Shown here piece by piece: positions 12,983 to 21,650 of a stretch of 64,000 nt of DNA. The number at the start of each line of letters is the position of its first letter. Within the stretch, counting starts at the first letter, position 1. Under the pieces are notes generated by a model. It searched no databases, was not told the DNA's origin, and saw only the letters and a program-made list of their open reading frames with translations. Source of the DNA: Polyangiaceae bacterium (lineage in GTDB: Bacteria > Myxococcota_A > Polyangia > Polyangiales > Polyangiaceae); the NCBI GenBank assembly GCA_044224495.1, contig JBGAKG010000005.1, positions 300,711-364,710 on the forward strand, read 5' to 3'. The position numbers and the translations under genes were made by a program.

Positions 12983-13279
12983 ATGAGCAACGGTAAGCGG
13001 CCTACGGCGCATTGCGCCGCATTTCTGCAGAGAATGGCAACGTCAACCGAGCCGATGGGAAAGCGGCTTCACGACGCCTTGCACGCTGAGATCGTCATAC
13101 TTCCCATCGATGGGTTTCCAGCGCAGGTGCACGCCGACTTGAAGAACGTTCTTGCACGCATGTCGGGAATGCCCGCTCTCTCGCACGAGGAAGCCGTCAA
13201 GCTCGCACGTCAGGCCGTGCACATCATGACGGCTACCATCTCGGGTCTGTACGACGACCTGCCCACCGAAGAGTCGTGA
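12983..13279 (+). CDS. hypothetical protein (98 aa)
   Basis: ATG preceded by GGAGGG. Confidence 0.45.
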   Translation: MSNGKRPTAHCAAFLQRMATSTEPMGKRLHDALHAEIVILPIDGFPAQVHADLKNVLARMSGMPALSHEEAVKLARQAVHIMTATISGLYDDLPTEES

Positions 13280-13280
13280 C

Positions 13281-13775
13281 ATGGCCTTCCTTCGACGCTG
13301 GCTTGACCCGCAGACGGTCCCGGGCGCTCCGCTGCCTGATGACGTCGCGCCCCTCGTGGTGGAGGCGCCCAAGAGGCGCAGGGCGAAGAACGGAACGAAG
13401 GTGGAACCGACCGGGCGCTACCTGACCGCGAAGGCCGTGGCCGGGGAGCTGGGCGTATCGCTCGCCCGTGCCTACGAGATCATGAAAGAGTGCACGCGCG
13501 TGATCGCTGGCCGGTCCGTGCGCGTGAGTCGTGCTGCATTCGAGAGCTGGAAGAAACGACACGAGGAAGGACCCTTGGCATGCGTGAGCCCCTCTACCAA
13601 AAGCACGGGATCTGGTGGTGCCGCGTCCGCAATCCGAATGGTGGGCGAGCGCTCCGCTTCTCCACCGGAACGAAAGACCGGACCGCGGCCGTCACGCGCT
13701 GGAAGCAACTGGAGCGAGAGCGCATCTCGGGTGCCGATCCGGCCACGAACCAAACCACGCTCGGAGATGCCCTAG
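13281..13775 (+). CDS. excisionase/AlpA-like HTH DNA-binding protein
   Basis: HTH RYLTAKAVAGELGVSLARAYEIMKE. Lies upstream of int. The 3' end overlaps the int start (13580) in another frame, so the true stop is uncertain. Confidence 0.4.
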   Translation: MAFLRRWLDPQTVPGAPLPDDVAPLVVEAPKRRRAKNGTKVEPTGRYLTAKAVAGELGVSLARAYEIMKECTRVIAGRSVRVSRAAFESWKKRHEEGPLACVSPSTKSTGSGGAASAIRMVGERSASPPERKTGPRPSRAGSNWSESASRVPIRPRTKPRSEMP

Positions 13776-14641
13776 ACGAACGGATCGAGGAACGGAAAGC
13801 GGCCGGGCGTGCGGACGGCACGATCCACATGCTCAAGGTGAAGGCACGCCAGCTAGCCCGTGTGCTCGGCTCCGAAACGAAACTCTCTCGCATCGGCGCC
13901 GCGGAGATCGATCACTTCGTCCAGCAACGCCTACAGGATGGCGCGGCGCGGACGACGGTGCAGAAGGAGCTCGTCACACTGCGCGGGACCTTGAAGCTCG
14001 CGCGCCGGCGCAAGCTCTACCCCCACGACGTGGCGAGCGTCATGCCCATCGACTTCTCAGCCGACTACCGGCCGCGTTCGCGCGCGCTGAGCGAGACGGA
14101 GATCGGGAAGCTCTTGGATGCGCTTCCGCCGGAGCGTGCCGCGGTGGTGGCGCTCATCCTCGCCACGAGTGCGACCTACCCGAGCGAGCTTGCCAGGCTC
14201 GAGCCTGATGACGTCGACATGAAGGCTTGGACCGTGCTCCTCCGAGGAACCAAGAGGCACACGAGGTATCGCGTTGTGCCGATCGTCTCGTACGCGCGGC
14301 CGTGGGTGAAGCTCGCCGTCCCCCATCTACCGCTACGGCCGTGGACGAACGTCCGGCGCGACTTGGACGCGGCGTGCGAGTCAGCCGGCATCCCCCGATG
14401 CTCGCCGAACGACCTGAGGCGCACGACGGCGACCCTGCTCCGCGCGCACGGCGTCGAGCCTTCCCTCATTGCTGCCGTGCTCGGCCACGTGGACAGCCGC
14501 ATGGTGGAGCGGGTGTACGGCAGGCTCACGCCGGACCAGCTCGCGCCCCTCTTGGATGGGCGCATTCGGGAGCACCGAAGCCGAGCGAAGGGGTACCGCC
14601 GGGGTACCAAGCGACCGCGAAATGCGAAAAACGCCGCATGA
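13580..14641 (+). CDS. int: tyrosine-type site-specific integrase
   Basis: N-terminus MREPLYQKHGIWWCRVRNPNGG is typical of P4-like integrases. C-terminal catalytic region HGVEPSLIAAVLGHVDSRMVERVYGRL has the R/H/Y residues. Ends 20 nt before the attR core. Confidence 0.85.
   Translation: MREPLYQKHGIWWCRVRNPNGGRALRFSTGTKDRTAAVTRWKQLERERISGADPATNQTTLGDALDERIEERKAAGRADGTIHMLKVKARQLARVLGSETKLSRIGAAEIDHFVQQRLQDGAARTTVQKELVTLRGTLKLARRRKLYPHDVASVMPIDFSADYRPRSRALSETEIGKLLDALPPERAAVVALILATSATYPSELARLEPDDVDMKAWTVLLRGTKRHTRYRVVPIVSYARPWVKLAVPHLPLRPWTNVRRDLDAACESAGIPRCSPNDLRRTTATLLRAHGVEPSLIAAVLGHVDSRMVERVYGRLTPDQLAPLLDGRIREHRSRAKGYRRGTKRPRNAKNAA
14590..14608 (+). repeat. 19-bp repeat GGGGTACCGCCGGGGTACC (attR-side copy, inside the int 3' end)
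   Basis: Exact copy of 4992-5010. Confidence 0.45.
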
Positions 14642-14660
14642 AGCGGTGATTCCACGAGGC

Positions 14661-14703
14661 TTGAAAATCCCCGTGTCGGCGGTTCGATTCCGTCCCTGGG
14701 CAC
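14661..14703 (+). repeat. attR core: duplicated 3' half of tRNA-Phe
   Basis: 43/43 identical to 4888-4930. No tRNA 5' half upstream. Confidence 0.85.
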
Positions 14704-14706
14704 AGC

Positions 14707-14748
14707 GCTTCCCCTGCGCATGCGCATGCGCATGCCCCTGCCCGCCCC
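14707..14748. repeat. partial copy of the GCATGC-rich repeat family (R1) just outside attR
   Basis: CCTGCGCATGCGCATGCGCATGCCCCTGCCCGCC matches units at 43021-44460. Confidence 0.5.
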
Positions 14749-14768
14749 GCAGGTCCGAAAGACGCCGG

Positions 14769-14981
14769 CTACCTGCCTCTTCGCTCGTACTTGTACTTCC
14801 TGAAGTCGAGGAGCTTGCAGACGGGGGGATCGGTCCTGGGGTTCACCTCGACGAGATCGAGGCCTTCCTTCATCGCGAGGCGGAGCGCCTCCGCGAGGGG
14901 CATGACTCCGAGCATTTCTCCCTTCGATCCGATCACGCGGACCTCGGGCGTGCCACGGAGGTCTCCGTTCTTGCGCGTCAT
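14769..14981 (-). CDS. stand-alone IF3 N-terminal-domain protein (truncated infC-like, 70 aa)
   Basis: MTRKNGDLRGTPEVRVIGSKGEMLGVMPLAEALRLAMKEGLDLVEVNPRTDPPVCKLLDFRKYKYERRGR matches the IF3 N-domain and stops where the linker begins. No C-domain follows. Confidence 0.55.
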   Translation of the reverse strand: MTRKNGDLRGTPEVRVIGSKGEMLGVMPLAEALRLAMKEGLDLVEVNPRTDPPVCKLLDFRKYKYERRGR

Positions 14982-15373
14982 CGAGGCTCGGGCGGGTAGA
15001 CGGTGAAGACGAGCTCGCCGCCGACGTCGACCACGGCGCGCAACAGCGGTGAAGGGATCGCGAGATTCATGCTCTCGCGAGCGTGACCCGCCTGGACGCC
15101 GACATCGAAGCGCCGCGACGTCGCCGAGTCCCACGCTTCGCGGGGAGCCCCCGAGGTTCGGCGAACGAGCCGGGTGAACGCACGGAGGCAGCCCACGACC
15201 GTCCGCGAGGCGCGCTGCGACATGAGCTCCATCGTCGCCTCGTGGAACGTTCCAAGTCGCCGCTGGTGGAGGACGACGACCTCCGCGTCCCAAGCGGTGA
15301 GCAGCGCCGCGAGGCTGCGCCGCGAGCGAAGGACCAGGTCGACATTGAGGAACGCGGTGGGCTCGATGAGCAA
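14978..15373 (-). CDS. hypothetical protein (131 aa, TTG start)
   Basis: High GC3. Stop overlaps the start of the IF3-N gene. Confidence 0.4.
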   Translation of the reverse strand: MLIEPTAFLNVDLVLRSRRSLAALLTAWDAEVVVLHQRRLGTFHEATMELMSQRASRTVVGCLRAFTRLVRRTSGAPREAWDSATSRRFDVGVQAGHARESMNLAIPSPLLRAVVDVGGELVFTVYPPEPR

Positions 15374-15440
15374 CCCAGAGAGCGACGTCCGAGCGCGCAG
15401 CCCCTGACCAAGTCGCGCAACGCCAGCTCTCGAGACTCAC

Positions 15441-15728
15441 CTACCCCGTTCGGCGTTCTTCCAAGAGGGCAACCACCTCGCGCTGGATTCGGTCGCACGT
15501 CGGCGCCGCGAAGAACCGGTTCACGCCCAACATCCGCACGCGTGGCTCGCTCGCGTCGGGATCGCGACGGATGTCGAGCGCTCCCGTCACGTGCGCTTCG
15601 AGTCTACCGCGCAGGTACGTGACCGTTGCCTCGGAGCAATCGAGCGTGACCTCCACGATCAGCGGCTCCGTCGAGTACCAAGGCTCACGCGGCACGAGAC
15701 CCTCCGTCCTGTCCCACGCCGACGCCAC
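15441..15728 (-). CDS. hypothetical protein (95 aa), weakly STAS-like
   Basis: ORF from the track. Lies downstream of the PP2C gene on the same strand. Confidence 0.35.
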   Translation of the reverse strand: MASAWDRTEGLVPREPWYSTEPLIVEVTLDCSEATVTYLRGRLEAHVTGALDIRRDPDASEPRVRMLGVNRFFAAPTCDRIQREVVALLEERRTG

Positions 15729-15860
15729 GGTGTAACCAATTGCCGCGTGGCCAAAGCGCTCGGCCCGCGGTGGACACCACGAATTTCCCCCCGAGTCTGC
15801 GATCGTCGTCGCGCATCGGGCACATCTCTCGGTGCCGGTGCACGAACCACGCCACGAAGA

Positions 15861-16463
15861 TCACGACGTCACGACGACCAACCCCACGTCGTCGGCGTAG
15901 CGTCCTCCAGCCCCGCGCGGGAGCGCGACGAGCGCGTCCGCGATTGCGTCCGCCGAACCGAGCGCCGTTGCGTCGCGGATCGCTTTGGTCGATGCGTGAC
16001 GGAACAGACCGTCCGTCGCCGCGACGAGCACGCCGGACGACGCACGAGCGTGGAAGCTCCACGGCCGGCACCGGCGCGTGCCCAAGCGCACGCGCGATTG
16101 TCCTTCGGTGAGTCGCTCGATCGTGCCACCGACACGCCAGGCTTCGCTGTCACCGGCGCTCACGCCCGCGACACCGAACGCACCGAGGACGAGCACGAGC
16201 GCGGTCGTCTCCCCCGCCCCGGCCGCCGCGAGCTCCGCGTCGACCGAGCGCAGCACGGACGCCCACGCTCGGAGATCGGTCGGGTCGCCCGCCTGGGCAC
16301 GCACGGCATCGACGACCGCATCGCTCGCGTCCGCGCCCCCCGCGAGTCCCCCTGCCCCGTCGGCGACGACCACCACGAGCTGCTCGCCACGTGCGAGCAC
16401 GACCGCGCGGTCGTCGGACGACGGACGCGAGCTCGCGAGGCGGACGGCGGCGAGGTGCGGCAC
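15861..16463 (-). CDS. PP2C-family Ser/Thr phosphatase
   Basis: VVVADGAGGLAGGADAS, LVAATDGLF and DDVGLVVV are PP2C/SpoIIE-like motifs. Confidence 0.7.
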   Translation of the reverse strand: MPHLAAVRLASSRPSSDDRAVVLARGEQLVVVVADGAGGLAGGADASDAVVDAVRAQAGDPTDLRAWASVLRSVDAELAAAGAGETTALVLVLGAFGVAGVSAGDSEAWRVGGTIERLTEGQSRVRLGTRRCRPWSFHARASSGVLVAATDGLFRHASTKAIRDATALGSADAIADALVALPRGAGGRYADDVGLVVVTS

Positions 16464-16676
16464 CCCGGAGCAACCCGCGCGCGGGCGCCTTGTTTCCCGC
16501 CATTTTCGCCGCCTCCGACTTTTTCTCTCCGGTGCGGTGAATGTGCGCCGGCCGAGGCGCTACGGAATGCACGCCACGAGCTGACGCGCCGCGGGGGGCT
16601 TTCCGCGCGCGAACGGCTCGCGCGCGAAACCACCACTGCCACGCGCGCGCTGGCGCGCGCTTCTTCCGGGGACTTC

Positions 16677-17156
16677 ATGCGCCTTCCGCTCCGCACCGTT
16701 GCGTTCTTCGCTCTGGCTCTCTCGACCTCGTCGCTCGTCGCGTGCGCGATGGGCGCGACGTCGCTCACTCCGCCTCCGCAGAAGGACGGCGGCGTGGACG
16801 CGGCCAAGGACGTCGCCACCACCGACGCCGCCAAGACCGACGCGAAGCTCGACCCGCCCGACGCGGACGTCCCCGAGACGATCGTTCCGCAGTGCACGCT
16901 CCAGCAGAGCTTCGGCGATCTCACCTGCGACAACTGCATGCAGAAGAGCTGCTGCGCGGAGACGAACGGCTGCCTCGGAGACTCGCAGTGCATGAACTTC
17001 CTGAGCTGCCTCTCCGGCTGCGTCGACGGCGATGGCGGCCTCGATCAGACGTGCGCGAACGGCTGCGCGTCCTCGAACCCTACGGGCGCGAACCGGTACA
17101 TGGACATGACCTCGTGCGGCGACAGCTTCTGCCGCAACGAGTGCTTCGCGCAGTGA
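16677..17156 (+). CDS. Cys-rich secreted lipoprotein
   Basis: MRLPLRTVAFFALALSTSSLVACAMG lipobox plus many Cys residues. The upstream part of ORF 15591..17156 is Arg-rich junk. Confidence 0.55.
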   Translation: MRLPLRTVAFFALALSTSSLVACAMGATSLTPPPQKDGGVDAAKDVATTDAAKTDAKLDPPDADVPETIVPQCTLQQSFGDLTCDNCMQKSCCAETNGCLGDSQCMNFLSCLSGCVDGDGGLDQTCANGCASSNPTGANRYMDMTSCGDSFCRNECFAQ

Positions 17157-17178
17157 CGCGACGAGCGCGGTAGAACCC

Positions 17179-18228
17179 TCAGCTCACGGCGGACGCCGGC
17201 GTGCCCCCGGCGCGCCGCAGGCTCCGCACCTCGTGCAGGCGCGCGAGCAGCGCCGGATCGTTGCCGCGCGCGAGGAGCTGCATCAGATAGCCCTCCGCCG
17301 CATCGAGGTCGCCCGCGGCGAGCAACACGTGCAGCGCGACGTCCACGTTGGGGGCGAACCCTGCCGGCATCGACCCGAGCGTCGCGAGGGCGGAGCGCGG
17401 GTCACCTTCGAGGCACTGCCCCATCGCGAGGACCTCGGTCGCGTAGGCGAAGAGCTGCGGCGTCTTCGCCTGGCTCCGCGCCTGCACCGCAGCCTGAATC
17501 ATCGAGCGCCCGTCGCGCGCGGCGAGCCAGTGCGGATAGTCGTTCGAGAGCGAACGCTCGAGGGAGCGATCCCCACGCACGGAAAGGTGCTGGCGAAGCC
17601 CCTGCACGTTGATGATCGCGAAGTTCGCGAACAGGATCAGGTTCCACATGCTCCGCCCGCCACCGAGGAAGAGCATCACCGCTCCGAGCCCAGCGAGCGT
17701 GAGGAGTGAAACGACGCGGGCCACGAGCTCCCCATCGCCGATCTTGATCCAGTTCGTGAAGGATCGCAGCGCGTTGCCGCCGTCCAGCGGGAGGATCGGG
17801 AAGAGGTTGAAGATGCCCCAACCGATGTTGGCGAAGAGCGCATCGTTGATCGCCGTGTCCGCGATGCTCCCGTCGGGCGCGTGAACGAACATCGAGGCGA
17901 CGAGGACGATTCCCCCGAGCACCAAGCTCACCGACGGCCCCGCGAGGCTGACCACGAGCGACTTCCCTGGGGTGAGGTTGCGCCCCCCCGACCAATAGGT
18001 GACGCCGCCCATCCCACCCAGCTCGATCGCCGGCGACAGCCCGAACGCCTTGCCTGCGAACGCATGCCCCAGCTCGTGGGCCAGGATCGAGACGAAGACG
18101 ATCCCCGCCCAAATCGCCAGGTTCACGGGGTTCGTGCCCCCGCCGAGGCCCAGGACGACCGCCAGGATCAGGAAGCTCGCGCGCACCCGTACGGGAAAAC
18201 CGAAGATCCGGAAGTGCGGGGCGTCCAT
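17179..18228 (-). CDS. M50 family (site-2 protease-like) membrane metalloprotease
   Basis: HELGHA zinc motif and LPLDGG. Start MDAPHF at 18228. Confidence 0.75.
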   Translation of the reverse strand: MDAPHFRIFGFPVRVRASFLILAVVLGLGGGTNPVNLAIWAGIVFVSILAHELGHAFAGKAFGLSPAIELGGMGGVTYWSGGRNLTPGKSLVVSLAGPSVSLVLGGIVLVASMFVHAPDGSIADTAINDALFANIGWGIFNLFPILPLDGGNALRSFTNWIKIGDGELVARVVSLLTLAGLGAVMLFLGGGRSMWNLILFANFAIINVQGLRQHLSVRGDRSLERSLSNDYPHWLAARDGRSMIQAAVQARSQAKTPQLFAYATEVLAMGQCLEGDPRSALATLGSMPAGFAPNVDVALHVLLAAGDLDAAEGYLMQLLARGNDPALLARLHEVRSLRRAGGTPASAVS

Positions 18229-18376
18229 GCCCCACAACTTCGTGCCGAAGCACGATTCATGCAAGCCCGTTCGGCACGGCTTGCGCCCCGGCCGCAGCGG
18301 CTGCACCCGGCGGAGCCGTCCCTCGCCCAGCGCGGGTGTCGGAGCCCCGGTCCGCGACTTGCACGGTTGCGGTGCC

Positions 18377-18955
18377 ATGCAAGCCGTCGCCGTCTTCTAC
18401 GCCACCCGCGAAGGTCAAGCCCGGAAGGTTGCCGACCGGATCGCGGGCGCGCTCATCGCGCGCGATCTCGAGGTCGCCGTCCACCACGTCAGCGATCCCG
18501 AGGGCGATCCCGCGCTCGGGCTCGCGGACGCCACAGTGCTCGTCGCGTCGGTCCACAACGGCAAGCACGAGCGCGAGATGGTCGACTTCGTGCAGAGGCA
18601 CGCGCGCGTCCGCGAGATCCCGTCGTCGTTCGTCTCGGTGTGCGTGACGGAGGCGATCGTCGAGAGCCCGGCCGCATCACCGAAGGACCGCCGCGCCGCG
18701 ATCCGCCACATCGGAGACCAGATCCACGAGTTCCTGGACGCGACGCAGTGGACGCCCGCGCACATCCTCCCCGTCGCGGGCGCGCTGATGTACACGCACT
18801 ACAACTTCCTCGTGCGCTTCGGCATGAGCCGGCTCGCCGAGCGAGCGGGGCTTCCGACCGACACGACGCACGATCACGAGCTCACCGATTGGGGGTCGCT
18901 CGACCAGTTCGCAGCGCGCCTCGCGCACGAGCTCACCGGCGAGCCGATGACCTGA
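18377..18955 (+). CDS. flavodoxin-like protein (HemG-like)
   Basis: MQAVAVFYATREGQARKVADRIA flavodoxin N-terminus. 192 aa. Confidence 0.65.
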   Translation: MQAVAVFYATREGQARKVADRIAGALIARDLEVAVHHVSDPEGDPALGLADATVLVASVHNGKHEREMVDFVQRHARVREIPSSFVSVCVTEAIVESPAASPKDRRAAIRHIGDQIHEFLDATQWTPAHILPVAGALMYTHYNFLVRFGMSRLAERAGLPTDTTHDHELTDWGSLDQFAARLAHELTGEPMT

Positions 18956-20611
18956 TCACTTCGCCGGCTTCGGCTTCCCGTCCTTCATCGCGAGCGTGAT
19001 GCGTTTGCCGCCCACGAGCGCGAGCGTGAAGGCACCATCGTCGACCGCGAGCGGCGTGCAGCCGACGGCGAGCTCGGAGCCGTCGACCGGCGCGGGCGCT
19101 CCGGCGTCGCCCAGGACGCGCGCCGCCGGGAGCTCTGTCGACCAGAGGACCCCCTGTTCGTCACCCGCCCACGCCGTCACCGCGTGCTCGTTCGCGAGCG
19201 CGAGCACCGATCCGTCGCACGCGACGGCGAGCGCCAGCGTCGTCGTCCCCGCCGGTGGCGGCAGGACGCCCGCGCCGGGCTTGACCAGGAACGGCATGTT
19301 GCTCGTCATGAAGCCGGACTGCTGCGTCCAGTCGATCTGCCACGTGCTCTTGCCCTTCGCCGGCGCCTCGAGATCGAACGTGTTCTTCCCGCTCGCCGCG
19401 CGCGACGTGCAGTGGCACGCCGGGACGACGTGCGTGGCCGGCGGGGGCGGCGGCGGTTTGAGCTTCGGCGTCGTCACCGCCGCCGCGCTCGCCGTGGACG
19501 CGCCGCCGCTCTTCTTCTTGTCCCCCGCCGTCAGAACCACGATCCCGGAGACCACGCCGATGAGCAGCACCGAGCCCAAGGCGACGAAGAACTTCTGCCG
19601 GCCCTCGGACTCGCGTTCGCGCGCACGCTGCTCCTCGCGCTCGCGCTTGTCGGCCTCCGAGCGCTCCTTGCGCAGGCGCTCCGCCTCGACGCGCTCGGCG
19701 CGCTGGCGGGCGTGCTCGGCGTCGCGCGCCGCTTTCTCCGCGCGGAGGTCCGCTTGCTGTTCGGCGCTCCGCCGTTCGCGCTCGCGCTCCTTCTGGGCCT
19801 GCGCCCGCATCGGCGATGGACCGGCGAAGAGCATCCAGATCCCGTCGCCGACCGGCTCTTTTCCGGAGAGCTTCGACCACAACCGGTCCGGGATGCGCGA
19901 GACCGTCTTGCAGAACGTGCACGTCACGAACTTCGTCCCGTCGGCCGCCGGGAGCGCTGCGCTGCAGGACGGGCACTGGATCGCGATCGCTCCCTCGGTC
20001 GACGCGACCTTCACCGGGGCGCGGTCGGAGCGGTGCTCCGCCGCGACGACGGCGCGGAGCGCGCCCTTCGTCATCGAGAGCGCCGCGGACGGGACCGTGT
20101 AGCGCGCGCTCGTACCGCACGCGCCGCACGCGAGCGTCGCCTCGCGCCCCTCGCCGACGGTGACGTCCAACGGCGCCTTGCACGACTCGCAGAGCGGCCG
20201 CCCGGGGCTGACGGTCACACGGAGGGCGTTGGGGCCGTCGACCGCGTGCGCGACCGACGTGCGCCCCACGCCCACGTCCTCCAGGTCGGGCGCGAGCCCG
20301 CCCCCGCGATCCGCGTGGAGGTCGGCGACGCCGTGCGCGAAGCCGAGCGCGCCGAACCACGCGCTGACCTCGAAGGCTTGCTCGAGCCCGCAGCGCCCGC
20401 AGGTGACGCCGCCGTCCATGTCGACGTGGTCGAGCGGAACGGCGAAGGCGCACATTCGGCACGTGAACGTGCAGTCGACTGCGACCCAGGCTTCCTCGGG
20501 CGACTCGGTGATCGCGAGCGACGGGCCGACGTCGTGCTTGCACCGCGCACAGGTACCGGAGGCGCGGCCACGTGCAGCGCCGCATGCGCGGCACAGGTCG
20601 AGCTGGGTCAT
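18956..20611 (-). CDS. membrane protein with multiple N-terminal zinc-ribbon (CxxC) motifs and a charged coiled-coil
   Basis: Starts MTQLDLCRACG at 20611, overlapping the LysR stop. Repeated CxxC pairs, an RE-rich coil, then a TM helix. The upstream 360 aa of the 908-aa ORF are junk in the LysR antisense frame. Confidence 0.55.
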   Translation of the reverse strand: MTQLDLCRACGAARGRASGTCARCKHDVGPSLAITESPEEAWVAVDCTFTCRMCAFAVPLDHVDMDGGVTCGRCGLEQAFEVSAWFGALGFAHGVADLHADRGGGLAPDLEDVGVGRTSVAHAVDGPNALRVTVSPGRPLCESCKAPLDVTVGEGREATLACGACGTSARYTVPSAALSMTKGALRAVVAAEHRSDRAPVKVASTEGAIAIQCPSCSAALPAADGTKFVTCTFCKTVSRIPDRLWSKLSGKEPVGDGIWMLFAGPSPMRAQAQKERERERRSAEQQADLRAEKAARDAEHARQRAERVEAERLRKERSEADKREREEQRARERESEGRQKFFVALGSVLLIGVVSGIVVLTAGDKKKSGGASTASAAAVTTPKLKPPPPPPATHVVPACHCTSRAASGKNTFDLEAPAKGKSTWQIDWTQQSGFMTSNMPFLVKPGAGVLPPPAGTTTLALAVACDGSVLALANEHAVTAWAGDEQGVLWSTELPAARVLGDAGAPAPVDGSELAVGCTPLAVDDGAFTLALVGGKRITLAMKDGKPKPAK

Positions 20612-21519
20612 GAGCGGAGCGTAACCGCATCCGCGCGGAGTGCGTCGAGCAGCGCGCCGATGCGCGCGTTTCCGCGTTGCTCCACGCGATGGATCGCCCA
20701 GATCGAGACCGGCGGCGAGCGCCACTGGGGCAAGATGCGCCGGAGCCGGCGCGCCGCGAGATCGTCGGCCACGAGCCAGTCCGGCAGAAGCGCCACGCCG
20801 AGCCCCGCCAGCGCCGCTTCGCGGAGCGCCGCCGGAGCCGTCGCCGCGAAGCGCTCGCGGAGAGCGATGGTCCGAACGACGGCCGGGTTGCCTCGAGAGG
20901 GCTCCAGCGTCCAGGTCGGTGCCGCTCCCTGCTGGCGGAGCTGGACCAGCGCGTCGTGGTCGGCGAGCTGCGCCGGGTCCCGGAGCGCGCTCCGGCGCGT
21001 TCGCAGGTACGCCGGCGCCGCGACCAGCCAGCGATGGAACGTCGCGACCACCGGCGCGACGACGACCGTCGAGTCCGGCGGCGCGACCCCGCCCCGGAGC
21101 GCGACGTCGACGCCGTCCGCGATGAGGTCCACGAGCGCGTCCTCCAAGCGGAGCTCGACGACGAGCGCAGGTCGGCTCGCGACGAGCGGCGCGAGCCGTG
21201 GCATCAGCCAGCGCTGACCGAGCGTGACCCCGGCGCTGACGACGAGACGCCCGGCGACGCCGCGCGCGCGACTCGCGGTCCGGGCATCCTCGACCTCGCG
21301 CAGGATGCGAACCGCCCGCAGGTACATCTCCCGCCCCGCGTCCGTCACCGACATGCGCCGCGTCGATCGCAGCACGAGCGCGGCGCCCACCTCGCGCTCC
21401 AGCTCCGCGAGCTGACGGCTCACCGCCGCGAGCGACACGCGCCGGGCCCGCGCCGCGGCGGACAGGCTCCCGAGCTCGACCACCCGCGCGAACGTCTCGA
21501 GCCCGGACAGGAAGCTCAC
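20608..21519 (-). CDS. LysR-family transcriptional regulator
   Basis: HTH LETFARVVELGSLSAAARARRVSLAAVSRQLAELEREVG. Confidence 0.85.
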   Translation of the reverse strand: MSFLSGLETFARVVELGSLSAAARARRVSLAAVSRQLAELEREVGAALVLRSTRRMSVTDAGREMYLRAVRILREVEDARTASRARGVAGRLVVSAGVTLGQRWLMPRLAPLVASRPALVVELRLEDALVDLIADGVDVALRGGVAPPDSTVVVAPVVATFHRWLVAAPAYLRTRRSALRDPAQLADHDALVQLRQQGAAPTWTLEPSRGNPAVVRTIALRERFAATAPAALREAALAGLGVALLPDWLVADDLAARRLRRILPQWRSPPVSIWAIHRVEQRGNARIGALLDALRADAVTLRS

Positions 21520-21650
21520 CGCCCGACGCTCCGCGATTCTTGACGAAATCGCAAGAGTGAATCGCGGAGCGCTCCCCTACTCCGGACGCCGAGCGCGACG
21601 AACGATGCAGGCCACGACGCGCTCCGTCGCGTCGCAGAAAAGGACCTCCC

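Larger units (their letters stand above)
4888..14703. mobile_element. integrated satellite/prophage-like element in tRNA-Phe (about 9.8 kb), bounded by 43-bp direct repeats
   Basis: Perfect 43-bp direct repeat (tRNA-Phe anticodon loop to 3' end) at 4888-4930 and 14661-14703. Tyrosine integrase sits next to attR. All 16 genes are on the + strand and include a helicase, serine recombinase, TerL and an Xis-like protein. Confidence 0.75.

Noticed and set aside
13490-13579. Integrase start at 13490 (MHARDRW)
   Set aside because: The conserved integrase N-terminus (KHGIWWCRVR) begins right after the Met at 13580. The upstream extension overlaps the Xis-like gene.
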